Positions 1 to 8,576 of a stretch of 64,000 nt of DNA are shown one piece after another. Origin of the DNA: Nitrospinales bacterium (GTDB lineage: Bacteria > Nitrospinota > Nitrospinia > Nitrospinales > VA-1); contig CBDCWG010000012.1 in assembly GCA_965223345.1 (NCBI GenBank), positions 1,248,001 to 1,312,000 on the forward strand, given 5' to 3'. Below the pieces are notes generated by a model, which saw nothing but the letters and a program-made list of their open reading frames with translations, did not search any database and had not been told where the DNA came from. Made by a program: the position numbers and the translations under genes. Each line of letters opens with the position of its first letter. Positions within the stretch are counted from its first letter, which is position 1.

Positions 1-1040
1 ATGCCAGCTGGAATCAGGTGGGTGCCCAGTGGCTGTTGCGCACCAATTATAAGGTCCACCCCTTCGACGAATCGTTCAATGTGACGTTCCGGTTGTACGA
101 CACCGCGACCAAACGGTTCCTGCTGGGCAAACGCTACACCGCGACCAAGAAATTTTTGCGCAAGATCATCCACCGCTTTGCGGACGAAGTGGTCAACCAG
201 CTGACCGGCCGGCGCGGGGTCGCGGAAACCAAGATCGCGTTTCTCTCGCAAGTGGGGGACAACAAGGAAGTGTTCACGGTCGATTTCGACGGGCACAACC
301 TGAGAAAGATCACCAACGACAAGAGCATCATCCTGACGCCGGCGTGGTCGCCCGACGGGGGTTGGATCGTTTACACCTCCTATGCGGCGCGCAACCCGGA
401 TCTGGTCATGATCGGCGCTTCGGGGAAAAAACGCAGGACGCTTTTGAAACTCCCGGGCCTGAACGCGGCGCCGGCCTGGTCGCCGAACGGCCAGCGGATC
501 GCCATGGTGCTCAGCAAGGACCGCAATTCGGAAATCTACGTGCTGGAGAAAAATTTCGGGCTCAAGCGGCTGACCCGGCATTTCAACATCGACACCTCGC
601 CGACCTGGTCTCCGAAAGGCGATAAGATCGCTTTCACGTCTGACCGCTCCGGCACGGGCGCGCCGCAGATCTACATGATGGACGTGAAAAACGGGGACCG
701 CAGCGGTGTGAAGCGGATCTCGTTCGGCTCCAGCTACAACGACAATCCGGCCTGGTCGCCCAACGGGGACAAGATCGCCTACACCTCCAGGGTCGGACGC
801 AAGTTCCAGATCAAAATCTACGACTTCAATACCCGCAAAAGCGAGCAGTTCACCACCGGGGCCGGAAGCTGCGAGCAGCCGGCCTGGTCCCCCGACGGCC
901 GCTTCATCGTGTACCGGCGCCGGGAACAGGGGAAATTGAACGTTTTCATCAAGTCCATCCACGGAGGAAAGGAGCGTCAGCTGTCCTTCATGGAAGGGGG
1001 CGGGCACAGCCCGGCCTGGTCTCCCTACGCCAAACGCTGA
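1..1040 (+). CDS. tolB: Tol-Pal system beta-propeller protein TolB (5' end outside the window)
   Basis: Repeated PD40/WD40-like motifs (PAWSPDG, PAWSPNG, PTWSPKG); 'IIHRFADEVV..LTG..G' TolB N-domain end; lies directly upstream of pal; frame is open to the window edge. Confidence 0.93.
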   Translation, partial: ASWNQVGAQWLLRTNYKVHPFDESFNVTFRLYDTATKRFLLGKRYTATKKFLRKIIHRFADEVVNQLTGRRGVAETKIAFLSQVGDNKEVFTVDFDGHNLRKITNDKSIILTPAWSPDGGWIVYTSYAARNPDLVMIGASGKKRRTLLKLPGLNAAPAWSPNGQRIAMVLSKDRNSEIYVLEKNFGLKRLTRHFNIDTSPTWSPKGDKIAFTSDRSGTGAPQIYMMDVKNGDRSGVKRISFGSSYNDNPAWSPNGDKIAYTSRVGRKFQIKIYDFNTRKSEQFTTGAGSCEQPAWSPDGRFIVYRRREQGKLNVFIKSIHGGKERQLSFMEGGGHSPAWSPYAKR

Positions 1041-1041
1041 G

Positions 1042-1067
1042 TTTTTGCCCCCGTCCGGGCAAAAAAA
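1042..1067. terminator. Stem-loop after tolB (possible terminator or processing hairpin)
   Basis: tttttgccc-ccgtcc-gggcaaaaa inverted repeat directly after the stop; no canonical U-tract follows. Confidence 0.35.
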
Positions 1068-1422
1068 GTTCTTTGACCATTTTTACATTTAATGTATATT
1101 TAAAGGGAGGCGTCGATCGCGAAAAGCCTTTGATTGTGAGGGCTTGGAATCCCGCTGCCGCTCTCCGGAACCGGCGGGGAATTGCTAAGATTTATAAAAT
1201 CAAATAGTTCAATGACGCCGAAAGTGAAAAAAAAGCTTAAATGGGGTCGATTGTTTGTTATAATTTGGGTATAATTTTGGATCGGTCTGTTTGGCCGTGA
1301 ATTCGAATAATGGGAATCAAATCTGTGATTTGTGGGCTGGCAGTTGGGAGACACAGCCCGATCACGAATACCAATAACCGGGGAATATTAATACAATGGG
1401 GACAACAACCACGAGGGTACAA

Positions 1423-2298
1423 ATGAGTTTAAAAAAGAAAGGATTCAGCCTGTTTTGTGTTTTATTGGCAATAGCGTTGATGGCGGGGTGCACGAAACAA
1501 CTCATGCCGCCCGAAATCGAAGCGACCGGCTCGGTTGCGGACAGCGAACTTGAAGAGGTTGCGGATTCTTCAGGCGCGGAGCAGGGTTTTGTCCCGGAAG
1601 ACGACTATCCGATCGGCGGCACGGCCGGCAACAACGATTTTGCTGCCGACCCCAATACCATGGCGGCGGACGAAACCGGCGGATTTGACGAGTCCGATTT
1701 TGTGCGGGAAGAAAGCCTGTCTGAGACCGGTGTGGCTGAAGACTCATCCGTCTTCTCGGACGCCGGCGACACGACCGGTTCCGACTCGATGGCCATGGGC
1801 AGCGACTCGGCAAGCGGTTCGTTCGCAGATGAGAACCCCTTCGCCAGCGGCACCGATTCTTCGCAGGACCAGTTTGCGAGCGAGGATGTGACGATGCGCG
1901 GATCCGACTCCATGATGGACGACAACGGCATTGACGAGGCGCGTCTGTATTCTTTCCGCCCGACTTCGGAGCTCAAGGACGTTCATTTCGAGTTCGACAA
2001 ATACGATCTGGACGACCGCTCCAAAAGCGTGCTGAAGCAGAACGCGGATTTTCTCAAGCAGCATCCCAACGTCAAAGTGGAGATCCAGGGCCATTGCGAT
2101 GAGCGCGGCACCAACAACTACAACCTGGCGCTCGGACAGCGGCGGGCCGATTCCACGAAACGCTATCTGGCGTCTCTCGGAATATCGGAAAACCGTTTGC
2201 ATGTGATAAGTTACGGAGAAGAAAAACCGTTTTGTCTGGAACGCAATGAAGGTTGCTGGTGGCGGAATCGGCGCGCCCACTTTATGGTTGCTGAGTAA
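1423..2298 (+). CDS. pal: Peptidoglycan-associated lipoprotein Pal with a long acidic linker
   Basis: Lipobox LMAG-C; C-terminal OmpA-like domain (DVHFEFDK, IQGHCDERGTNNYNLALGQRRA, ISYGEEKP, NRRAHF); follows tolB; ATG 1423 has a GAGGG RBS (alternative start 1396). Confidence 0.9.
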   Translation: MSLKKKGFSLFCVLLAIALMAGCTKQLMPPEIEATGSVADSELEEVADSSGAEQGFVPEDDYPIGGTAGNNDFAADPNTMAADETGGFDESDFVREESLSETGVAEDSSVFSDAGDTTGSDSMAMGSDSASGSFADENPFASGTDSSQDQFASEDVTMRGSDSMMDDNGIDEARLYSFRPTSELKDVHFEFDKYDLDDRSKSVLKQNADFLKQHPNVKVEIQGHCDERGTNNYNLALGQRRADSTKRYLASLGISENRLHVISYGEEKPFCLERNEGCWWRNRRAHFMVAE

Positions 2299-2468
2299 GC
2301 CGGCCCTCTGCTAGAATCTTTATCACAAACGATGCTTTCAGGATCTGATCGTAACGGAGTGTTCTCCGTTGCGATCAATCTTTTTGTTCTAGTTTTTTCA
2401 GAGGTTCCGTATCCCGGTTGGCACAACCGGGAATCTTTAATGATTCCAAATTTTTAGAGATCTTCCTC

Positions 2469-4376
2469 ATGAAAAACCATCGAAATGCACTCCTTGGGCT
2501 TATTTTCATGGGATTTCTTATCCTGCCTTCCTCCACCGTCTCCGCCGGTCTGTTCGACAACGACGAAGAAAACTGGCGGCGCATTTTCGGCGAAATCAAA
2601 AAAATCAACGCCCGGCTTGTGTCCCTGGAAATGGGCAAGCTGAAGGCTATTCAGGGCGTCGAGGAGGACCTCCTGCGGCAGGTTCAGGATATCAAAACCA
2701 TCCTTCCCGACCTGCAGGGCAGCGTGGAGCAGAGCCAGTCCGAACTGGCGGGCTTCGTGCAGTCCACCAACAAAAAACTGGATCAGATCGAAGCGCAGAT
2801 CCGCTCGGAGATCACCAAAAGCGTCGGCGCCAGGATGGCCAGTCTGGACAAGCAGCTGGCGGGCCTCAGCCAGCACCTGACCCAGCAGAAGGATGTCACC
2901 GAAAAATTCCAGACCAACATGGTCGGCCAGTTCGATGCGTTGAAGCAGTCCCTGGCCGGCGACATGGATAAATTCGCCAAGCTCAATCAACAGTATTTCC
3001 AGGATCTGTCCAAGTCCAACAGCGAATCTCTGGGCAAGGTCGTGGCGCAGCTCAAAACACAGAGCCAGACGCTCGACAAGGCCAACGAGATCTTCAAGAC
3101 CGAGCTGATTCCCGCCATCATCAAGCAGAACGAGAAAGCGCGCCAGGTGCTGCTGGCCGAAATCACCAAGGCCAACAAAGAGAATCAGAGCACGGTCCTG
3201 GCCGGGTTTGCGGAGATCAATCTGAAAAACCAGAAGATGGTGGAGATCCTCGAGAAAAGCCTGCGCGAAGATCAGGAAAGCCGCGATCAGATCGCCGTGA
3301 TCTTCAACAACATGGGGCAGACCAACGACAACGTCATGCGGGCGCATGAGAACATCGTCAAGTTGAAAGACAGCCTGATCGCCCAATTGGACAGCATTTC
3401 CCAGGTCATCGACACCCTGTCCAAGGTGCAGGGCAATCTGGTCACGGAGACCAGCACCGGTTCGCAGAAAATCGAACTGGTCAACAAAAACCTGATGGTC
3501 GCCGACGACAAGATCAACAAGCTGGCCGAGAGCCTCAAGGGCATGAACGCGCAGAGCGCGTCCTCGGCGGCGCTGCTGGCATCGATCCACGACAAGCTGG
3601 AGCAGATCAAAGGCGCCGGTGCGCAGGACAGCGAGAAGTTCAACAAGCTGATGGGCACCTCCTCGCAACTGTCCGCCCAGACCACCCAGATCAGCCAGTC
3701 GCTCGGCAATTTCGAACAGTCGCTTTCGACTCTGGAAGCCGGCCTTGGCAACGTCGATCTGGCGAACACCAAGCTCTCCAAGCTGATCGACATCCTGAAA
3801 TCCATGGCTTCCGAACAGGGCAAGCTGGTGCAGGTGCTGGCGAGCCAGGGTGAGATCAAGCAGTCCCAGGGACAGGTGCTGAAAGCCCAGGTGGAGCTGA
3901 ACAAGGTTCAGGTGCAGATGAGCAAGGCGCAGGCGGAGATGAGCAAGGCACAGGTGCAGATGAACGCGAACCAGTCCGGCGTGACGAAGCACCAGCAGGA
4001 AATCAAGAACACCCAGCTGGAAATGAACAAAATCCAGAGCGAAATCCGCAAGGCGCAGGCGGAAATGGTCAAGGCGCAGAGGGAAACCAAGCAGGCGCAG
4101 GCCGAATTGCGGCAGGCGCAGCTGGATATGAAACGCGCCCAGTCCCAGGTGTTGAAAACCCAGGCGGAGATCATTCGAACCCAGGATGAAATCGTCAAGG
4201 CGCAATCCGAAATCAAAAAGACCCAGCTTGCCAGCCAGAAAGCCGAGCTGGAAACCAAAAAAGTTCTGAGCGAACTCTCACGCAAGGCCAACGTCAACAT
4301 CTCGCGTAACGACGCCATTCGCAAAACCCTGGCCAGCCTGTCCAAAGGTCCGGCATCCGCAAAAGCCACGCCCTGA
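2469..4376 (+). CDS. Exported long coiled-coil protein at the cpoB/ybgF position
   Basis: Signal peptide ending VSA|GLFDNDEE, resembling CpoB N-termini; heptad-rich throughout; no TPR recognisable; directly after pal. Confidence 0.7.
   Translation: MKNHRNALLGLIFMGFLILPSSTVSAGLFDNDEENWRRIFGEIKKINARLVSLEMGKLKAIQGVEEDLLRQVQDIKTILPDLQGSVEQSQSELAGFVQSTNKKLDQIEAQIRSEITKSVGARMASLDKQLAGLSQHLTQQKDVTEKFQTNMVGQFDALKQSLAGDMDKFAKLNQQYFQDLSKSNSESLGKVVAQLKTQSQTLDKANEIFKTELIPAIIKQNEKARQVLLAEITKANKENQSTVLAGFAEINLKNQKMVEILEKSLREDQESRDQIAVIFNNMGQTNDNVMRAHENIVKLKDSLIAQLDSISQVIDTLSKVQGNLVTETSTGSQKIELVNKNLMVADDKINKLAESLKGMNAQSASSAALLASIHDKLEQIKGAGAQDSEKFNKLMGTSSQLSAQTTQISQSLGNFEQSLSTLEAGLGNVDLANTKLSKLIDILKSMASEQGKLVQVLASQGEIKQSQGQVLKAQVELNKVQVQMSKAQAEMSKAQVQMNANQSGVTKHQQEIKNTQLEMNKIQSEIRKAQAEMVKAQRETKQAQAELRQAQLDMKRAQSQVLKTQAEIIRTQDEIVKAQSEIKKTQLASQKAELETKKVLSELSRKANVNISRNDAIRKTLASLSKGPASAKATP
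3843..4226 (+). repeat. Degenerate 21-nt / 7-aa coding tandem repeat (18 heptads, e.g. AQAEMSK, AQAEMVK, AQSEIKK)
   Basis: Gln recurs every 7 residues from SQGEIKQ to KKTQ; DNA units such as aaggcgcaggcggagatgagc and aaggcgcaggcggaaatggtc. Confidence 0.85.
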
Positions 4377-4507
4377 AGCGGGCTGAGGCCGCACAGACCG
4401 CGTGCACACATTGCGTCCCATCACAGGCGCGTCCTGCATGGCAACGTCCCTTCCTGTTTGCAGCTCAAATTGCATTTTCCGTTTCGCTCTTTAAGGGCGA
4501 CGCCGGT

Positions 4508-4536
4508 TTGACCGATTCGGCGCCGGGCACTATAAT
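4508..4536 (+). promoter_or_regulatory. Sigma70-type promoter for radA
   Basis: TTGACC-17 nt-TATAAT, 33 nt before the radA ATG. Confidence 0.65.
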
Positions 4537-4569
4537 GTGACCGGTTTTTTCCTCCCTCGTTCACGGTTT

Positions 4570-5952
4570 ATGGCCAAAACCCAATCCCAGTTCGTCTGTC
4601 AAAGCTGCGGGCATCGCGCGCCCAAATGGCTCGGAAAATGTCCGGAATGCGGCGAGTGGAACACGCTCGCCGAAGAGATCGTGAAAAGCCGTCCGGCGTC
4701 GCTCAACGCCCGTGCGGCTTCCGGCGGTTCTGTGGAACCTGCGGTGCAAAGCATCACCGAGATCGAGGGCCTGAACGCGTCGCGCAAAAGCACGGGCATC
4801 TCTGAGTTCGACCGGACGCTGGGAGGCGGCGTGGTGGATGGTTCGCTGGTGCTGCTCGGCGGCGATCCGGGAATCGGAAAATCCACGCTCATGCTGCAGG
4901 CGGCGGGCCGCATGGCGGCCGCGGGCCTGAAGGTGCTGTATGTTTCCGGCGAGGAGTCGCCGTCGCAGATCAAGCTGCGGGCGGAGCGATTGAACGCCCT
5001 GTCGCAGCACCTGCTCATCAGCCCCGAGATTTCCATCGAGGAAGTCCTGCGTCTGGTGGAAAAAGTCGATCCGGACGTTTTGATTCTGGATTCGATTCAG
5101 ACGTTTTTCTCGACGGAGCTGGCTTCCGCGCCGGGGAGCATCGGCCAGGTGCGGGAGGTGGCGTTCCGGATTTTTCAGGAAGTGAAAAAGCGCGCACTGC
5201 CGACGTTTCTGATCGGCCACATCACCAAGGAGGGGGCGCTGGCGGGCCCCAAAACCCTCGAGCATATCGTGGATACGGTGATATACTTCGAGGGCGATCG
5301 CGGCCACAGTTACCGGATTTTGCGGACGATCAAGAACCGTTTCGGCTCCACCCCGGAGATCGGGGTGTTCGAGATGTCCGCCGGGGGTTTGAATACGGTG
5401 GAAAACCCTTCGGAGATTTTTCTTTCCGAACGGCCCGCCGAATCTCCGGGATCGGTCATCGTTTCCAGTTTCGAGGGCAGCCGCACGCTGCTGGTGGAGG
5501 TGCAGGCGCTGGTGAGCACGTCCTCTTCCATTGGCATGCCGCGCCGCATGGCGACGGGACTGGATCCCAATCGCATGACGCTGTTGATCGCCATCATCGA
5601 AAAGCGGCTGGGGTTGCAGTTTCAGGGCGAGGACATTTTCGTCAACCTCGCGGGCGGGATCAAAGTTATCGAGCCCGCCATCGACATGGGCGTGGCATCG
5701 GCGATCGCCAGCAGTTTCAAGAATCAGGTGATCGACCGCAAAACCGTGATGATCGGAGAGATCGGGCTGACCGGGGAAGTCCGTTCGGTCATGCAGCTCG
5801 ATTCCAGGATCATGGAAGCCAAGCGGCTGGGGTTCACCCGCTGCATCGTGCCGCAATCGGCCCGCAAGGGCAAAACCCTGACAGGAACAAAAGACGCGCT
5901 GGAGATCCTATTCGTCAAGGATCTGCAGGAAGCGTTCGATCTTATTTTCTAA
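4570..5952 (+). CDS. radA: DNA repair protein RadA/Sms
   Basis: N-terminal C4 zinc finger (CQSCG..KWLGKCPECGEWN), Walker A GDPGIGKST, KNRFG motif, Lon-like C-terminus. Confidence 0.97.
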   Translation: MAKTQSQFVCQSCGHRAPKWLGKCPECGEWNTLAEEIVKSRPASLNARAASGGSVEPAVQSITEIEGLNASRKSTGISEFDRTLGGGVVDGSLVLLGGDPGIGKSTLMLQAAGRMAAAGLKVLYVSGEESPSQIKLRAERLNALSQHLLISPEISIEEVLRLVEKVDPDVLILDSIQTFFSTELASAPGSIGQVREVAFRIFQEVKKRALPTFLIGHITKEGALAGPKTLEHIVDTVIYFEGDRGHSYRILRTIKNRFGSTPEIGVFEMSAGGLNTVENPSEIFLSERPAESPGSVIVSSFEGSRTLLVEVQALVSTSSSIGMPRRMATGLDPNRMTLLIAIIEKRLGLQFQGEDIFVNLAGGIKVIEPAIDMGVASAIASSFKNQVIDRKTVMIGEIGLTGEVRSVMQLDSRIMEAKRLGFTRCIVPQSARKGKTLTGTKDALEILFVKDLQEAFDLIF

Positions 5953-6004
5953 TCCGCATCGCACACCGCGGCATCCGGTCACCTGTTTGCCGCACTGAAA
6001 CCGT

Positions 6005-6691
6005 ATGAAAGTCGTTGCCATCATCCCCGCGGCGGGACAGGGCACCCGCATGGGAGCCGCCGTCCCGAAGCAGTTTCTCTCGCTGAACGGTAAGCCGCTG
6101 CTGTTTCACACGCTGCAGGCGTTTTCCAAAAGCGGCGCGGTCGATGGCGTGATTCTGGTGGTGCCCGAGGCGGAGTTGGCCGCTGCCGAAGCCACCTGGC
6201 CTGTGGAGTTCCCGATCGTGAAACGGGTGGTGGCTGGCGGAGCCCAGCGCCAGGACTCGGTGCGCAACGGGTTCGACGCCCTCGATGCGGACACCGATAT
6301 CGTGATGACGCACGACGGCGTGCGTCCTTTTGTCACAGGCGATCTCATTCGCGCGGTGGCGGAGGCGGCGGGCAAACACGGCGCCGCCCTGGCGGCGATC
6401 CCGGTCAGCGACACGCTCAAGCACGCGGACCCGGACGGTGTGGTCACGCGCACCGTGGACCGTGAAGGCGTGTGGCGCATACAAACGCCGCAGGCGTTTC
6501 GCTACGATACACTCAAGCAGGCTTACGACAAGGCGGAACGGGATCGCTACTACGGCACCGATGAAGGCGCGATCGTGGAGCATCTGGGGCAGCAGGTGCA
6601 CATCGTGCGCGGGTCGGAGTTGAACATCAAGATCACGCAGGCGGAGGATCTCATCCTGGCGGAAGCCATCCTGGCGCGGGAAAAAAGGTGA
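6005..6691 (+). CDS. ispD: 2-C-methyl-D-erythritol 4-phosphate cytidylyltransferase
   Basis: IPAAGQGTRMG..PKQF, GGAQRQDSV, THDGVRPF, QTPQAF, NIKIT motifs. Confidence 0.95.
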   Translation: MKVVAIIPAAGQGTRMGAAVPKQFLSLNGKPLLFHTLQAFSKSGAVDGVILVVPEAELAAAEATWPVEFPIVKRVVAGGAQRQDSVRNGFDALDADTDIVMTHDGVRPFVTGDLIRAVAEAAGKHGAALAAIPVSDTLKHADPDGVVTRTVDREGVWRIQTPQAFRYDTLKQAYDKAERDRYYGTDEGAIVEHLGQQVHIVRGSELNIKITQAEDLILAEAILAREKR

Positions 6692-6833
6692 GCGTTCCCG
6701 TCCCGCTGAACGACACCCGGCACCGCAACGAAACATCCCGAAAAAATATTTGCTTCCATTTTTCACCGGTGACATCTAATCGGTGAACCGCAATTCAATA
6801 AAAATCATAGCTATCTAAACAAGGAGGATGCGC

Positions 6834-7271
6834 ATGCTTGCGACCGGAACCCAGGCGCCAGATTTTTCCGTGAACGATCACAACGGCAACACCGTCCGTT
6901 TGAAGGATTTAAAGGGCAAGAAGGTGGTGCTGTGGTTTTATCCCAAGGCCGACACTCCGGGCTGCACGATGGAGGGGCAGGGGTTTCGCGACGATTATGA
7001 AAAATTCAAACAGAAAAACACGCTGGTTTACGGGGTGAGCCTGGACAATGAAGCGGACAACAAGGCGTTCGCGGAAAAGTATTCCTTCCCGTTTCCGCTG
7101 CTTTGCGATGTCAACCGCGAGCTGTCCCTGGCCTACCACGCGGTGGCGGGCTCCGACGACGGCTACGCCTCCCGCATTTCCTATGTGATCGACGAGCAGG
7201 GAAAAATAGCCGAAGCGATTGAAAAGGTGGACACGAAAACCCATTCCTCCGATCTGTGCTCGCGTCTGTGA
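6834..7271 (+). CDS. bcp: Peroxiredoxin, BCP/PrxQ family
   Basis: FYPKADTPGCT peroxidatic motif; AGGAGG RBS 6 nt before ATG 6834 (alternative start 6828). Confidence 0.88.
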   Translation: MLATGTQAPDFSVNDHNGNTVRLKDLKGKKVVLWFYPKADTPGCTMEGQGFRDDYEKFKQKNTLVYGVSLDNEADNKAFAEKYSFPFPLLCDVNRELSLAYHAVAGSDDGYASRISYVIDEQGKIAEAIEKVDTKTHSSDLCSRL

Positions 7272-7418
7272 GCGGCGCGGATTGTCCGCAACGGCCCGGT
7301 ACGCTATTCCGATAGAAGCGGCAAACCGCCGCTTCCGGTGCTCACCGCACGCGGCTTGATTCTTGCGGATCGAAACTATAGTATGAGGGCTTAATCCAAA
7401 ATTCCCGGAGAATAGTAG

Positions 7419-8543
7419 ATGGCGTACAAGGATTTTCTGCTGCCCGAACCTTTGCAGCCCGGCAAGAAAAAACAGAAGGACGAAATCCTGCAGACCCGGA
7501 TTTCCCATCACGATTTCGGCGAAATCAAGGATGTGGCGGATCTGGTGGAATCGTTTCAATCCGGTTCGATCCAGGCCCGCAACATCGGTCTCTGCGCCAA
7601 TGTGTATAAAAAAATGCTGACCGACGAGGAGCGGCCGACCATTATTCTGGGGCTTGCGGGTCCTCTGATCGCCGCGGGTCTCAGAAAAGTCATCCGGGAC
7701 ATGGTGCACCACAACATGGTGGATGTGATCGTCTCCACCGGTGCGATTTTGTATCAGGATTTCTACGCCGCCCAGGGTGGCGGCCACTATCTGGGCAGCC
7801 CGCATGCGGACGATAAAAAACTGCGGGATCTTTTCATCAACCGCATCTACGACACCTATGTGGATGAGGAGTTGTTCGCGGAGTACGACACGCTGATCGG
7901 CAACTTTGCAGGGACCCTGCCGCCGAGAAGTTATTCGAGCCGGGAATTTCTACACAAATTATCCGAGACCGTTGACGATGAGGAATCGATCCTCGTCACC
8001 GCGCGCAAGAAAGGGGTGCCGGTTTTCTGCCCGGCGCTCAACGATTCGAGCATCGGCATCGGGCTCACCGAACATTATTACGTCTGCCGCAAGGAAGGCC
8101 GCACACCCATCACGATCGATGCGATCCGCGACAACTACGAGCTGACGCAGGCGGTGGTGAAATCGGCGCGCACGGCGGCGTTTTATGTGGCCGGCGGGGT
8201 GCCGAAAAACTACATCAACGATTCCATCGTCATGTCCTACATCTTCGGGGAATACACCGGCGGGCACAAATACGCCCTGCAGATGACCGCCGACGCCCCG
8301 CACTGGGGCGGGTTGAGCGGCAGCACCCTGGCGGAAGCGCAGTCCTGGGGCAAGGTCAACAAGGAGGCGAATTTCGCGATGGCCTTCGTCGAACCCAGTG
8401 TGTCGATGCCCCTGGTGTTCGGTCACGCCTACCAGAGGGGCTACGCGAAAAACCGAGCGGAGCTGGAATTTATCTGGGAAGAGGACCGCCTGAAGGAATT
8501 GAACGTCGTTTCTCCCGCCCACGCCGCATCCCGCAACGGCTGA
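7419..8543 (+). CDS. Deoxyhypusine synthase-like protein (probable homospermidine synthase)
   Basis: DVIVSTGA, RIYD, FCPALNDSSIG, GGVPKNY, GGLSGSTLAEAQSWGK with the catalytic Lys. Confidence 0.88.
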   Translation: MAYKDFLLPEPLQPGKKKQKDEILQTRISHHDFGEIKDVADLVESFQSGSIQARNIGLCANVYKKMLTDEERPTIILGLAGPLIAAGLRKVIRDMVHHNMVDVIVSTGAILYQDFYAAQGGGHYLGSPHADDKKLRDLFINRIYDTYVDEELFAEYDTLIGNFAGTLPPRSYSSREFLHKLSETVDDEESILVTARKKGVPVFCPALNDSSIGIGLTEHYYVCRKEGRTPITIDAIRDNYELTQAVVKSARTAAFYVAGGVPKNYINDSIVMSYIFGEYTGGHKYALQMTADAPHWGGLSGSTLAEAQSWGKVNKEANFAMAFVEPSVSMPLVFGHAYQRGYAKNRAELEFIWEEDRLKELNVVSPAHAASRNG

Positions 8544-8576
8544 GAGGATAAAACCGGATCCTTGCGGTTTTTCTTG

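Noticed and set aside
2454..4205. 583 aa antisense ORF and many similar long shadow ORFs (e.g. 4561-5856, 9523-10851, 20724-22469, 46810-48504, 61866-63212)
   Set aside because: They lie opposite well-supported genes and have no motifs; they are expected from GC-rich codon bias, which depletes stops in antisense frames
3843..4226. 21-nt periodic repeats as a possible CRISPR array
   Set aside because: Degenerate, contiguous and in-frame coding repeats with no spacers and no cas genes
6834..7271. Possible selenocysteine peroxiredoxin
   Set aside because: The peroxidatic codon is TGC (Cys) and there is no in-frame TGA
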